From Haliotis rufescens (lineage: Eukaryota): 64,000 nt of DNA. This document shows positions 1-13,846 of the stretch, piece after piece; the stretch's first letter is position 1; each line of letters starts with the position of its first letter. The notes under the pieces were generated by a model, which saw nothing but the letters and a program-made list of their open reading frames with translations, was not told the origin of the DNA and made no database searches. The position numbers and the translations under genes are program-made. The stretch is taken from contig NW_025964001.1 of assembly GCF_023055435.1 (NCBI RefSeq), positions 43,276,001 to 43,340,000 on the forward strand. Direction: 5' to 3'.

Positions 1-2754
1 TTGAAGACTGGTATCCCTATACCTTCTGAGATGATGTTCACCAGTACAATACCTGCAAACAGTGATCCTGAAAACAACGGTCAACAATTTACTGCATGTA
101 CATGCGTTTGGGAACAGCAATCGCCTGATGAATAAAGGAACAAATATAAGATCAGCGTTTCGAAATGTTTCACCTCAATGTTGTTGCTGTTTACAGTCTC
201 TTTCTTTTATAACTAATCGGTGCACATTGTTTAACAAATGAACATAGAAAACATTTTGTTTACCCGAATTTTATAGAAAGAGTTGCAGCATCTTGTATAT
301 TATTATTGTTATCTCCTTGTATATATTGTACAGTTTGAGTTTCAGATTGCAGGGTTACTGTTATAGATATTCCAAGCTGCATTGTGAACGTAATCACGAT
401 CAATATGGCCTCCACATGGAGGCTATAAAAATCAGGGTAACATACAGTTGCACCTTAATTAATACCTTGTGTTTCGTCAGCTTAATTGTTAAATCTTATG
501 TCTTCCTTTCCATGCGAATGAATTACACTGCTGGACATTGATGGTTTGTATACAAGGAATTTTAATTTAAAAAAAAGAAAAGGTATCCAACATATTAGTG
601 ACCCAAATAATGCAATGTGTTTGTGACTTGTTACGAGTGATACGCTCGACTTTTTGTGTTCACTTTGTTATCATCACTATTTGATACTGATTGATAAACA
701 CACGTGTATGATATAGTTGGACTCGTACAATGGACCCTGATGATTATTGAGAGGGCTTTGTTGGTTTTATTTAAATTCTTAACTAACAGGACATTTGTTA
801 AATTGACAACTCTTAGAAATGTTGTAGAAAATGTGTTTGAAAAAGATAGCTACTGACTAGTATTTACATCATTTGAGTTAAGCGGTGATTTATGATATAG
901 ACGTAATAATAAAATGAGTGAGTGAGTGAGTGAGTATTGTTCTACGCCGCTTTTAGCAATATTCCAGCAATATCACGGCGGCGGACACCCGAAATGGGCT
1001 TCACACATTGTACCCATGTCGGGAATCGAACCCGGGTCTTCGGCGTGACGAGCGAACGCTTTAACCGCTAGGCTACCCGACCGCCCCTAATCATAAAATG
1101 AACCCTCATGATTATGGAAAGGGCTTCGTTGTTTTTTTGAAAAATGTGATTGCACTGCCCACTTTATTATCATTATAGGCCATTCAAAACATTACAGCTG
1201 TCCCACTCTTTGTCTTTGTTATGTCATATGCATTTGAATGTTGGTAGCATGGGATCCTCTCTTGCTATGTTTATACCAGTTATATAATAACGTTGATGAC
1301 AACACTTTTTTTTAAAGAACAAATGAATGCCAGAAGAAGGATATCTTTTGATGATGAGCTTGGCCATCAACAACTATCTGCATACTCACCCTGCATTTCA
1401 GCAGGGGCCATCCTTGACATGATAGCCCGCAGTGACGGAAACAAAGGGCCTGCAATAGCATTGGGCAAAACAACTGCAACAAACCATACTCTTTAAACAA
1501 ATGCAAAGTATAATTAATGTCAATATATACCTTATGTTCTGAAAATATATTGAATGATATTTCATCGACAAGATATCCTTTTATCAAATCCTCCTCAGAA
1601 GTATTACCATGAACTTATGTTATTTACTGCGATGGTGACTTACAAGAGAAGAGCAAGACGTCAGTGTTGGCCAGTCCGTGTAGGACATAGGCTCCCGCCT
1701 GTATGATGGATGTTATGATACATATTCCTGGATCGGAGGTGCACATATGGAGGAGTTTGATGACTGGAATCCCTAGAAATTGTCTTGTAAGGGACAATGC
1801 CATATTGAAATAGCCGATGAGCTCTGGGCCCCAACAGAAAGGCAGGTTTAGTTGGAAAAGATATTCTACAAAATACACACCACTCTGACTGAAATATAAT
1901 ATAAAATATGATGCAAGTGAGAGCAGGAAGAGGCTTCTCTTTGGTCCAAAATCTTTTGAAAAGTAGAATCCAAAGACATTTTTCACTGCTTTCACTGGAG
2001 TTGGGTATTGGGATCTTCTATCTGAGTTGATAGTTTCCGGGAGAAGAACAACGACAAGGACGAGAGACAGAAGCATGAGTAAGGCAGTAGTCACAGAGGG
2101 GTAGAGATAGCCTAGGTTTTTGATGAAGTATCCAGTAATGACCTGAGAAGCTGCAGCAGCCAGGTAGGTGGTGAAATCTATCACAGCGATCCATACTGTC
2201 CGTGAGTTCTTAGGTGGTGTGTTGTCAGCCGTGTAGGCATAACTAGCTAGAATCACACCATTGTATCCCCCTGAAAAACCTTGAAGTGCCTCACCAATGT
2301 ACAGGTATCTCACATCTAGATTCCAGTAAATAACAACTGTCGTCAACCAAAACTTCACAACCACTCCAGCTAAAGGTACTATGAAAAGGACCCGTCGACC
2401 AAGAAAATCAGAATATGCCCCTAGGAACATGCAGCTGATCACTGCTCCGGAGCTTCCAATAACTGTCAGTATTGTTTGACAGTTCGAAGTATTTTCTTGA
2501 ACCTTTTCCTGTAGCATATATCCTGGATCCGATTCATTGACGTAACACTGGGATGTTTGGTTAGGAGAGTTGACATGCCCTGTGCTGTTATTGAACTCCT
2601 CATCGGAGTACCTCTTGTATAGATATTGTGTTACCAGTGGATTGCGGATATTGACAGCCACTTGAAAAACAAGAAACACAACGTTAGCCTTGAGTAGATT
2701 TCCCAGTTTAGACTTGTCTTTATCCCTGTCTTCAAGAGGCGGTGCAGACTCCAT
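1..2754 (-). CDS. SLC46A-like: SLC46-family (PCFT/SLC46A3-like) MFS transporter, copy A, 3'-partial; exons 1644-2754, 1390-1473, <1-67
   Basis: Exon 1 has GAYSDFLGRR, ASYAYTAD, RTxxIAVID and LFQLNLPFCWGPELIGY motifs plus a glycosylated loop with a conserved Cys. Donor T|GTAAGT at 1643. Exon 2 (CAG|...G|GTGAGT) reads FVLPNAIAGPLFPSLRAIMSRMAPAEMQG. Exon 3 begins TTTTCAG|GA and reads GSLFAGIVLVNIISEGIG. Confidence 0.92.
915..1087 (-). mobile_element. tRNA-derived SINE family 1 (tRNA-Asp-like head, (ACTC)n tail)
   Basis: A box TAGCCTAGCGG, B box GGTTCGATTCC, (CACT)n tail, near-perfect TSD taat(a/c)ataaaatga. Homologous copies at 18.4, 34.1 and 37.3 kb. Confidence 0.85.
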
Positions 2755-3409
2755 GTTCGTCCAGTGTCATGCAACCAGGAGATTGGGACGAATCTTGGTT
2801 GATGTGTTCTTAACAAATGATGTGTAACCTAATGCCGTGATAAATGCGCAGTGCATATTGTAAGGCTGATTAACTTGGTGTGTGTGACATGTGGACATGT
2901 GACATAATGTTGAGATAATCAGTTGCATTGTGACAGAGTGTTCCAGTATCTAGTTGTGAACACTCTCGCTGTGTGGATATGTTAAATGGCACATATTATG
3001 GATACTCAAACTACCTCTTGTGATCTTCAGCTAAATATATTTATGATAAAACATGGGAGGTTAACTTGTTGCTGTTATTATAATGAACTAATCTGTAATC
3101 TGTAGAATGATAAGCCGGAGTTCCTGCACCCTTGTTGGATTATTTGAGAGACGTCGCAAACTTCGTTCAATTTCATCCCAGAAATTTTTGTCTCCAAGAC
3201 TGGGTCTTCAGATAGAGGAGTATCTTCAGAGTACCTTTGTACATGGCATCAATTGACAGCAATTTTACTGTCTTCATAAGTTATATAAAGTACAAATTGT
3301 ACTGTAAAGAGAGATGTTTCAGAATTGTTTTATTTTTGATCATCCATTAGTGATTATCCTCATATTTTTTACATATATTTTAAAAGAAAAATCTAATTTA
3401 AGAGAAAAT

Positions 3410-4020
3410 ATGTCACTAAATTTGCTGACGATACAGCACTCGGCTGTTCTTCACCAGATAATCAACTAGCTAAATTAACTCTAAATTTAAAATGTAAGCA
3501 AGCTGTGTAACAGGACAATATGCTGGTCAATTAAATTCAACCCAGATAAAACCGAAACGGTTAAATCTTCAATAAAAGATGAATCAGACCTTATTACCTT
3601 GTACTTTGATGAATGTAAAGTTAAGAATGTTCAAAGTCATAAACATTTGTGTATAACGTTTGCATCAAACGGAAAATGGTCCTGTCACGTAGATAATATT
3701 ATTAGATCAACATCAAAAATGATAAATTCAATGAGACAATTAAAATTCATATTGAACAGAAATACATTAGATAAAGTATATACAATTTTTATAAGACCCC
3801 ATTTCGAATATGCGTGTTAAGTGTGGGATGTGTGTAATGTGGAAAAGTCTCTCTTTTGTATATTTCTTTTATATCTATACACTCATCTTCTTTTCTGTTT
3901 TCCTTGTATATGATATACTGTACAAGCTTTTGTAAATACCACGGAGAGGGAGTTTTCACCAGATAAGTTGGATAACTTGTTCACAATCCATTCCAATCTG
4001 AATAAAATATGTTTAAACAA
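3410..4020 (+). mobile_element. Decayed CR1-group LINE 3' fragment (RT C-terminus)
   Basis: KFADDT, WSIKFNPDKT, HKHLCITF...W..H and IFIRPHFEYAC*VWD motifs with stops; AATAAA-type 3' end near 4000. Confidence 0.75.
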
Positions 4021-4189
4021 ACAAACTAAATATGCCAATCTGCCGCTCTTCCAAGGATGAGGCCATGTTTAGGTTTTGTGAGCGAGTGCGTGAAATTGCG
4101 AGATTATGTCATCAACACACCACAGAAAGCGCTAAATTGAACGTCTGTGACATTTGACATTGGATGCAAGCTGATACTGTGCGTTTTGA

Positions 4190-4380
4190 ACATACCACAA
4201 TGTCAAGCTTTTGGTTGTCCAAAGAGGAACAACTGAGGTGAAGGGACACCGCTATGAGGAAATCATAGTTTGTAATCCCAAATGCCTCTAAATATCCAGG
4301 AAACGATATGACCGACAGGCTGCACAATACTGGCACTGGCTGGACATGAGCAACATTCACATTTGGGAAGCAAAAGGTAG
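4190..4380 (+). pseudogene. Degenerate THAP-domain exon (DNA-transposon relic)
   Basis: Reads IPQCQAFGC...KS*FVIP...LHNTGTGWT*ATFTFGKQKV across frameshifts, matching the C-x4-C/F-x-x-P/W layout of THAP N-termini. Confidence 0.5.
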
Positions 4381-4729
4381 ATAAATTGTTTGTACTGTTG
4401 CTTTTCTGAAGAAAACCAAGGAATGTTAAAACTTCTATTGTATCGATAATTTGAGCATAATTTGTGATTATTTTGTAAATAGAGATTATTATGTGAGCAT
4501 GTGTGTCATACTGATGTTCCAAATTGAATCTCAGAATTATTGTATTTGCCGATAGAGAGCTTTTTCTTGGGGGGAAAAGAAAAGCTACAATGAGGTTTGC
4601 GCGAGGAGCGTTTGGGCAAAAAGTACAATATTGCCCTTATTACGTTTTTGGAACATGTGACTGGTAATTATGTTTGGGTAAGGTAACATAAGTCCATTTC
4701 CACTACTGTTCTACTCACTTTTATGAAAG

Positions 4730-7700
4730 AATGATAACCCGTTTGCCGTGGGTGCGTCCCTGTTTTGGTGGAGAAATGGATTCTGGTGTTTGAGGGCACT
4801 TGAGCCAGGAACAGTGTTCATATTTACCAACATACCCCGTTCCTGACTTCACCTGGACGGGTGGTAGAATGGGCCTGGTTCTATCAATTGGCTGGTCATG
4901 TCAAGCCCTGTGTATGAAGTTTTTGATATGGTTTGACTCAATTCACTTAATTTTCAAATAGTCTTCTGTTCATCAAGTTTATGATACTTGCCAAGAGCGT
5001 AGTCCCAGAAGGTGGTGGCTCAAGGGCCTAACTTGTTGACCCTCCGTGGCAGGGACCAGGTTTGCTGAACCACAATAAATACACAATATTTGTTTTGTGC
5101 CATGGTAAAGACAATACATTTTTTTCCAAAACAGTAACTATCAGAATCTTATTCTGAGCTCGAGTCATCTTATGATGACACAGTGACCAGGTTGTTGTAT
5201 TCCGAAAGAGATACCTGGCCTCGGTTTCTTGTCATTGAAGCTAAGGGTGACCATACTCCAACTGTGTACTCACCATTTCCATGGAAAAAGGACTCAAGAG
5301 TAAAGCTTGTGAGTTGAAGGTTGTTATGAAATTAAGATCTGGAGCGTTTTTGATTGAATATACTCGGAAAACACAAGCCATCAATCTCATGACGCCAACT
5401 AAGTTTGCTGATATAACTGTCAGCTGTTCTGCTCGCAGGGCCCTAAATTTAAGCAAGGGCACAATCTGAGACCGTCATCACAGTCTGGCCAAAGAAACTA
5501 TTGACCAAATTGTATCTGAACTTCAGAGTCAAGGTGTGATTAAAACCAAATGATTCACATATCATAAAGAGTGTTTTTCCATCAAACACATATCTTTTGA
5601 CCTTCGAAACAACAGCTCCGTCAAGTAAGAGTTGGTTGTTTCTCCATGCCTGTGGACCTCTACATCCCACGGCCTACTCGCTGTTTTAATGTCAGAAATT
5701 TGGACATGTGCTGAATTAATGTACATGTAAAGCTACTTGCTTTAGATGTGATCATGATTGTAACATATTTACTCAGCCTCTGAAATGCTCTAACTGTCAA
5801 GGTAATCATATGTCTTCTTCAACTGACTGCAGTGAATATAAGTTACAAACCATTGTCCAAAACAATAAATATGAACAAAACATCAGTTACTTCGATGCCA
5901 GGAAACAAGCAAAACGAGTCGCATCTGCTGACACAACACAACATTCTTATGCTTCTGTAGTTAAAACCGGTGAAACGGTTAAAACTGTATCAGTTCACTG
6001 TCAGACAGATCAGTCATGGGCAGTAAGAGACACGCAAAATCAAGTTTCTGAAATCAAAACTGACAAACATGAAACAAAGTTACAAAGTCTGAACATGACG
6101 ATCTTTGTGGAAGTGATAATTTTCTCACTGTTTTAAAAGCTGTAAAACCGGATAATGGCTACCCTTTATCGTATAAAATTTTACAAGGGCCAATTGGTCC
6201 TTGTATGAAATGTTATGTGCTGAGAAAATAAAACCTGATTATTCCAGAAATGAACCAGATCCCATCCAGTTGTTTTCAGCTCAACTAAATTAAATTACTG
6301 ATCATACATTTCTTATGTCCGCTCAAATCCTCATATTCGTAAACCATGGTTAAATAATGAATGCAAACAAGCAAGAAAGTGTAGGAAGAAAGCAGAACAA
6401 ATATTTCCGCTGACACCCTACAGCAAAATATGTGGCAAACATGGAGGAACTGTGTCTACAAAATTAATTCACGCACACCCATGTCCAAGGCGTGGAAGAT
6501 GGTTAAGAAAATAAAAAGGCAAAGGTTCAAAATCTTCTGTACACCATCTTAAAGATGGTGACACATTAATATCTGACACATCTGACATTGCAAATATACT
6601 TCTTCATCATCAAATTATGTCTTGAGACACTTTGAGATACATGTGATCATACATGGACTTCAGGGAATATTCCTCCTTCATGGCATAATGCCATTGTAGT
6701 CCCCATACCAAAACCTGGATTCATACAGATCCCTCAAATTACCGCCCTTTATCGTTAACCAGTTGCGTTTGTAAAACCATGGAACAAATGGTAAACAATA
6801 GATTAGTTTGGTATCTGGAAACCAATAATCTTATCACAAATATTCGATGTGGTTTCTGGAAAAATAGAAGTACTATTGATCATTTAGTACCATTAGAATC
6901 ATTTGTTCAAAGTGCTATAGTAAATAAACAACACATAGTATCCATTTTCTTTGATCTTGATGTGGGCACGGGTGGCCCAGTCGTCTGAGCCGCCGCGATT
7001 CGCTGTGCAGAATTGCGTCCCTTGGGTACGCCAGAAACCTGTGATTGTGGGTTCAAATCCCGGTTCACCCTGATTATGTTTCTAGGTTTGTCAGCACCAT
7101 ACCCGTGCTGTTGAGTTTCACCGACGTGGTAAACGTATGAGACCTGCATCACTTTGGGTTTTCCTCTCACATTTAGCTGACACGCCGCCAAACTCAAACA
7201 CTCACTTTGATCTTGAGAAAGAATACAGTACAACCTGGAAGCATGGCATTTTAAAAGATTTACATGATTTTGGCTTGAGAGTTCGTTTACCGCATTTTAT
7301 ATCACATTTTTAACAGACAGGCAATTTCAAGTCAGAGTCGATTCATTCCTGTCCGACCATTATACTCAGGATCAGGGTGTCCCACGAGGCAGTATTTTGT
7401 CTGTCACATTATTTAGTATTAAAATAAATAGTCTTGCAAAGGATTTAAGTGATTCCATAGATGGATCAATCTTCGTGGATGAATATTTAATATTTCTTGT
7501 TGTGGTAAAAATAGGCATACAATAGAGAGGCAGTGACAAATCTGTCTGAATAAACGGGTTTGAATTTTCTAAATAAGAAACAAATTGTATACATTTCTGC
7601 AGAAAATATAAGGCGCATAAGCACCCTAAACTATTTTTGAATGGCGCCCCTATCAAAGTTGTAAAGGGGGCAAAGTTCTTGGGACTTTCCTTTTTACCGC

Positions 7701-8290
7701 ATATTAAATATCTTAAAGCTAAATACATGAAGGCTCTTGATTTGTTGAAAGTCGTTTCTAATTCCAAGTATAGAGCAAATCAGACAACCCTCTCACACTT
7801 GTATATTTCACTGATCCGCACTAAACTTGATGACGGCTCCATCGTCTATGGTGGAGCATTTTAAAGTAATTTCTAAAAAGCTGGATACTATTCATCACCA
7901 AAGCATGAGCCTTTGCCTTGGAGCATATCAGACTTCTTCTATTCATATTCTGTATGTGGAGTCGGATGAGCCATCCCTGAAACAACATCGTCTGAATTTA
8001 TCATTACAAAACATCACCCAATAATGCTCTAATCGAACAAATCTAGTGCAACTATCATTGGATCCAGAACAATATCTTCAAGATACAGTTCAATATTCAC
8101 AGCAGAAACACATTTTTACTGCTTTAAAATCTACAAACAGCCAATCTAAACATAAACAGTTCATAATATTTTTACATTCTCTTTCTTGCCTTCATGCTAT
8201 TAAAAATATGTCTTGCACGCATCCACTTTAATCGAAATGTTTGAGTTTTTTAATGATCTTGCACCTGGCCATTATGACATCGTTTTTTTA
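4730..8290 (+). mobile_element. Decayed I/Nimb-clade LINE (ORF1 with zinc knuckles, RT, RNase H remnant)
   Basis: ORF1 remnants WPRFLVIE, KLRSGAFLIE and CSNCQGNH. RT motifs NYRPLSLTSCVCKTMEQMVNNRL, GFWKNRSTIDHL, FFDL and GVPRGSILS. RNase H-like IFLHSLSCLHAI. Many stops and frameshifts. Confidence 0.85.
6961..7204 (+). mobile_element. SINE family 2 (tRNA-Leu-like head) inserted in the LINE RT domain
   Basis: Perfect TSD ctttgatcttga (6949-6960 and 7205-7216); homologous to 52105-52389. Confidence 0.85.
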
Positions 8291-9043
8291 ATGAAATTCC
8301 CACATTTAGATGTCACAAAGTGTTATAACGAAACTACTTCACAAGCTATTGAAAATCATTGTCACTGTTAACAATATCATATTTAATGCATTCTGGAAAT
8401 ACATTTAGAAAATAAATGATGAACAAAATGTCAAACGGGCATCTTAAAATTCTTGGTGTTTGCTACCTCAAAGTATTTTCAATATATTGCTGAAGATTTA
8501 ATTCTAAATATATGCCTATGAAAGTATTGTACATTTGAGAGAAGCATAGTTGTTCAAATTGATGACGTGTGCCCTGACTGTAGCTATTATAACCGTATTG
8601 TCGAGTAATGAGATATAAGTCACATCAGCAATATCTCAGCTATATTCTGACCGGCACAACTTATACTTTACTTATACCTACAACCCACCGACGATAGACA
8701 GTATAAGCTGGAATATTACAAATGTGTATATAAAACTAGTATAAGAGAATTAAAAGGTTATAACTAATATTTGACAGTGCAATGTATAACCGGGCTGTAG
8801 ATGGCCAGCAACTGATGGTAGATCTCCAGACTAGGGACCACGGGGACTTACGGATACAGACCTCAGCAGGATTTCTTCAAACTCCACTAATGTCAACAAT
8901 GCAAATATGTAGTATCACACAAAACTGTTTTGTAGTTTACTATGAACATGGCTTCCACCTGAGCATAAAGTCAGTTTCGCAGGACATAGGCTCCAGCCTG
9001 TATTGCAGGAATCACCAGTAACTGTATGGAATGGAGCTAGATT

Positions 9044-9313
9044 TGGTTTGGTTTGGTTTGTTAATTAACGCCGCGCCCAGCAATATTCCAGCTATATGAC
9101 GGCGGTCTGTAAATAATAGAGTCTGGACCAGACAATCCCGTGATTAATATCATGAGCATCGATCCACGCAATTGGGATCGATGACATGCATCAACCAAGT
9201 CAGGGAGCCTGACCACCCGATCCCGTTAGTCGCCTTTTACGACAAGCATAGTCACCTTTTACGGCAAGCATGGGTGGCTGAAGACCTATTCTATCCCGGA
9301 ATCTTCACGGGTC
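9044..9313 (-). mobile_element. SINE family 3 (GACCCGTGAAGAT... head, (CAAAC)n tail)
   Basis: Homologous to copies at 17686, 39632 and 61725; shares the GCTGGAATATTGCT...GGCGTTAAAC tail domain with the other SINE families. Confidence 0.8.
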
Positions 9314-10199
9314 AGACTGAATTACACACCACCTCACTGAAAAGTAGTACGAAATAGGCTTGAAGGTTAAAAATGGTACCAATATCGTTAACAAAATAGA
9401 AAACAAAAACCATTTTGCCGCCTTCAACCAGTCAGATATTGAGTAGTTTGGGTGCATGAAAATAACCTCTGTTAGCCTATTGTAATGATTGTAAAACTGT
9501 TTTGTTACAAACAAATGTTCACTGTCGTTTATCAGATTTAGCCTTGGAGTCTTGGTGTTTTCATTCTGATAAGGGGAAGACATACAACTAGAGAATAACA
9601 ACGTTCGAATTAAAAAATGATGATAATAATAAGAATCGATCGCTGAAAATATGTCTGAATGTATGTATGCCATAAAGTTTCTGGAATGCCTTTGTTTTAA
9701 TAATGGCCGTTCGTTGTGAAAGAAAATATTCGATGAAATGTCATGTCATTTCACTAATATTTAATTACTCTTTTCATGTTTAGTATATCTCTGGACATAT
9801 GTGGTGACTGATTAGTGGTGAGATGTGTCATAATGACCTACAGTACATTTGTGATAACATTCAGTCACGTGAAAATCACGCCATCCAAGCTGTGATAACC
9901 GTGTTTTCGGAGATACACTCTACTGTGTATACCAACGGAAAAAAGTAACTGTGCTTCATGTAAAGTTCAATAAAAATACATTTATTCTGAAATTAAATCA
10001 TGCAGCATTAAGGTCCTGATTCATAATTTGCACGTGCATGCTAATAAACGGCGCCAAATTTGGATGTTTGCGTGATTATTGGGACCAGCCTGTATAATGT
10101 GTGCAACTTCCAAAGTGATTATCAATCCATGTTAAATATCTCCTCTTCACTGTTAACTTATAACCTTTTTTGTACTCTCCTACGGAGGAATAAAAACTT

Positions 10200-11520
10200 A
10201 TATATAGTGAGGTGAACAGGGGGTTAGCCGGGAGCTTGACAGCTTTCACGATGATATCAGTACATTTACAAACTTTCTTGTGGAGAGATTTAAATAATTT
10301 CTATGAGTTTTTAGCATATTGGCTAATTCTTATATTTACATGAGTTATATAGTTTATGAGCATCGTTAAAATATGTTTATTTTTTAAATATAATGTTATT
10401 CAACAACCACATAATTCATATCACATAATTAACAAATCCGATTACTTATTGGCGTGTTATTCCATCTTCCTGTTTCAATTGGCAACCGGTGGCAAGACGT
10501 TCGAAAGAAGAGCACTTTAAGGGCAAAAATGAAATATGAATATTTAATAAATATGATTCAACCTTATTATCAATATTGAAGACTTATGACAACATAGCCA
10601 AGGCCATTCGGATCTAAAATTTGTTTAATAAACGTGAGCCATTTGCAAATTCTACAGTTGGTTATTGTATCTTTATGTAAGAGCATGTACAAAATATAGG
10701 ACAGAATACTACATTTCCAGAAAAAGCTTTCACCAAAATGTAATGATTCCTGTTTTAATATCTATGAGAAGGGGAGTTGTACCCAGCGCATCATAAAGCA
10801 TAAAAAGTGGTTACTTTCTTTTTAACTTGGATAAGTTTCCTCAGAAAAATGTTTTCAATTAACTATATTATTTTCAAAAACCCAAACTTAAAATCCATTC
10901 ACGAGAATAGGTGTTATCATGGCATCGAATAAATCAAGTTGACATTAAGTGAAAGGTTATATGTGCGTGATTTACTTGAAGCAAAGTACATGTCTTTAGT
11001 AGCTTGACCACACAGGCTTTTGATTGATTTTCTTTTTGTTTTTTTTCTTTCTGAAAATTAATCCCAAGATACTTAAATTCATCTACAAATTCAACATTAA
11101 TTTCATCTAAAACTGCTATTCTTTCTTTTGTCATATTCATTCCCCAAAATAATTACTTTTGTTTTACGCGTATTTATGACGTTTCCATTTTATGCAATAT
11201 GAGTCAAAACAATCTAAAGAATGTTGTTAATTGTAGGCATAGAAAACACAAAGAAAGAGATTTCTTTGAGGACATAGGCTATCACATGATACTTTGACTA
11301 ACAGTAAACAGTCATATTTTGTAGGGATATCCTTAAAATATCTGTTGAAACATCTTCAACAAGGATAGCTGGCCACCTGGTCTGGCGCTTGAGTTTGTGT
11401 TCTTTGTATAGCTGATAAAGTGTGGAATGTCAACAGTATCACAGTCATCTAGTTCAGGTTTTCCAAGTTGAGTTATATTAGATGATTTAATGAAATGAAG
11501 AAATTCAGTATGAATTGAAA
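10200..11520 (-). mobile_element. Decayed, internally deleted CR1/L2-group LINE
   Basis: Endonuclease-like segment (EFLHFIKSS...VDIPHFISYTK) and post-RT motif EFVDEFKYLGI. Confidence 0.6.
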
Positions 11521-11599
11521 TTTCGTTGTCTACAGCAGGGCAACACTCATAATCTGTTAGGGCCCGGTCGCCCACGTGTGACGTCACGTCAACAAGACA

Positions 11600-12050
11600 A
11601 CAATATTCGGTTGGTGCGTCTACTAAATCGATACCAAACTGCCACATTAACAGCTAGGCCAATTCCTTGGTTAGTGACAAATTAGTGGCAGAACCGTACG
11701 CAATCGTTTGAATGAGCACAAAATCTGGCCCTACGTCCAGTGATACGCTCACGTTTTGCTTCTGAGTCAGCATCTGAGGTTCAGAAGACAAGACTGGGAC
11801 AGCATATCGTTCACAGATGAGTCCAGGTTTCATCAAGGGTCGTAGAAGGGTCTTCAGGCGTCCAGGAGAATGTTGAAGTGACGCTGCCCGCCCACATATA
11901 TTGCACACATTGTGACAGACATTTTGAGGCATCATAACATTGATGCCCTGCCATGGCTGTTGAAATGGTTTTCTAGTCATGGAACCTCAAAATGGTAAAC
12001 ATTCGGACTTCAGTCGCTTGTCGTACCACAGATGTCATCAAACTCATCGT
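11600..12050 (+). mobile_element. Tc1/mariner transposase relic
   Basis: Plus-strand fragments RTVRNRL, WDSISFTDESRF, RVFRRPGE and AARPHIAHIVTDILRHHNIDALPW, with deletions. Confidence 0.7.
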
Positions 12051-13846
12051 CTGTCGCTCACTTGTATGTGATAACATTTAAAACGGAAGAGATTTCCTTA
12101 GGCCGTTGGAAGTACTGCCATCAATCTCGGCCATCTATTAGACATTCCAGAATTTTTGTTTGTTCACTTTTCAAAATTTGAATCGAGAAGTTTCCCCAAA
12201 TATTCGACTTGTTGTTTGTAATTTCATCGGTTGGCGAAAGGTAGTTCTGACATGACCTGAATTGGGATGTCCTGAGATCTTTGTTTAGCTGAGAACAATG
12301 ACCTGACTTTAGCTGGTAATATAGCCTTGAGTTAAACACTTTAACTGTTTTAGCGCATGTTATTCATTATACTCAGTGTTGAACAAACTCACAGAATAAC
12401 CATAATGTAGACACCAAACCAAAATTGTATCTACTGTTTAATACAAAATGTGAAATTTGTAAGAAAATAAGGTGATATGGTGATATGTTAATAAGAATGT
12501 TGTTATCGCCGTTGACAAGGAGATGGTAAGAAAGCATGTGACATGTTAACGTGGAAATAAGAACAGTACACTAAATGATAGTATATTACATGTAATAGTT
12601 ATGACGTCAACTTTCTGTTAGTCAAGTTTGTGTTATGGCGTCAACAATATGTTAGTTAAAGGTTGAAACTATATCTGATTCAAAGAATTCCTTATTCATG
12701 GAGACACAGTCGTCTGGATATACTGAAGCGCTTGACAATAGTTTCTAGGGCAAAACACCTGGGTGATTGTTTCATGAATGCAACCAAAGTGTCAAGCGAT
12801 GGTGTCATGTCTGGCTCCCAACATACTAATGGTCCTGTTACTGATGATTGTCCTTATACGTTGACGACGTGAGCTGTTATTAAATGTAAATGCATCCTGT
12901 GATCATGCTGCAAGCGCATATAAAGTTCAGGGAAAAGGTAATTAACACGTAATTCAGTGAACTAAAGAAAGGTTTCAAGATGCACCCATGATGCACTTAC
13001 ATGACAAGATAATACTATTTCATGTTTCAATCCAGTATATTTACCGCATGCATACGTTTGCATTACATTTATCAACGCTTTAATGAATGAACATCTTTGT
13101 GTTAACTCATTTCAACGTCCCTCGAGGGAAGCATTATGGCAAGAATTTACGTTCAACAGTGGAACCATGTTGAATCATGAGGATGAACCCAATTTTTTTA
13201 TCACAATCATCGAGTCTTTATTGGGAATGTAATTCGTACAGGTAACCTAGTGTCAAGTGTGCAATAAAAGAAACATATGTTCTATAATAGGTCAGTGCAG
13301 TAAAAATATACCTCAGTGTTGTTGGATATCATAAATTGCTAGTCATGTAACGTTCACAAACTGAACCATCTAATTAGGTGGCTTTTAAATATGAAATATG
13401 AATGAGTTTAGCACATTTACAGGAAGTCACGGCGAGAAGAACGTTTTGCAATGATTCTCCCTACTGTCATGATTTTGACATTATGCCTGTAGACTAACCC
13501 GAGCACTACGTGGTATGTGTCTTCTATCACACTTTTGACATGACAATTATGGCAGTCACTTGAGTGTCTATTATCAGTTTTAGGCTTCAAGTAATATGCA
13601 CAGACATAAATGTAAAGTCATACTTGAATATCACTTACTGCTTAAACCATATATGGTCGTTCGCGACAGTAATCTTCCCGGAAGTGTCTGGACTAACAAC
13701 GATTCACCGTATTAAGAGTTGGGCTTTATGTCAATATCTATGCTTCAGGTATAAAGGCTTCTCCAGTCACAGGCATCATCCAGTGCCACTACATCGTCAT
13801 GTCATGATAGCCTTGTCCTGGGGATGACAGACCAGGCCAGGCCAGG

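Noticed and set aside
120-170. Possible hammerhead ribozyme (CTGATGA...CGAAA)
   Set aside because: No convincing stem II or stem I/III pairing.
1010-1087. tRNA-Asp/Leu genes at SINE heads (also 18.5, 34.1, 47.8 and 52.1 kb)
   Set aside because: They continue into SINE bodies with microsatellite tails and TSDs, and lack a proper acceptor stem.
1624-1643. Single-exon ~375-408-aa transporter ORFs as given by the ORF track
   Set aside because: These ORFs read through the exon-1 donor. TM10-12 are encoded by the downstream 84-bp and 157-bp exons and the terminal exon.
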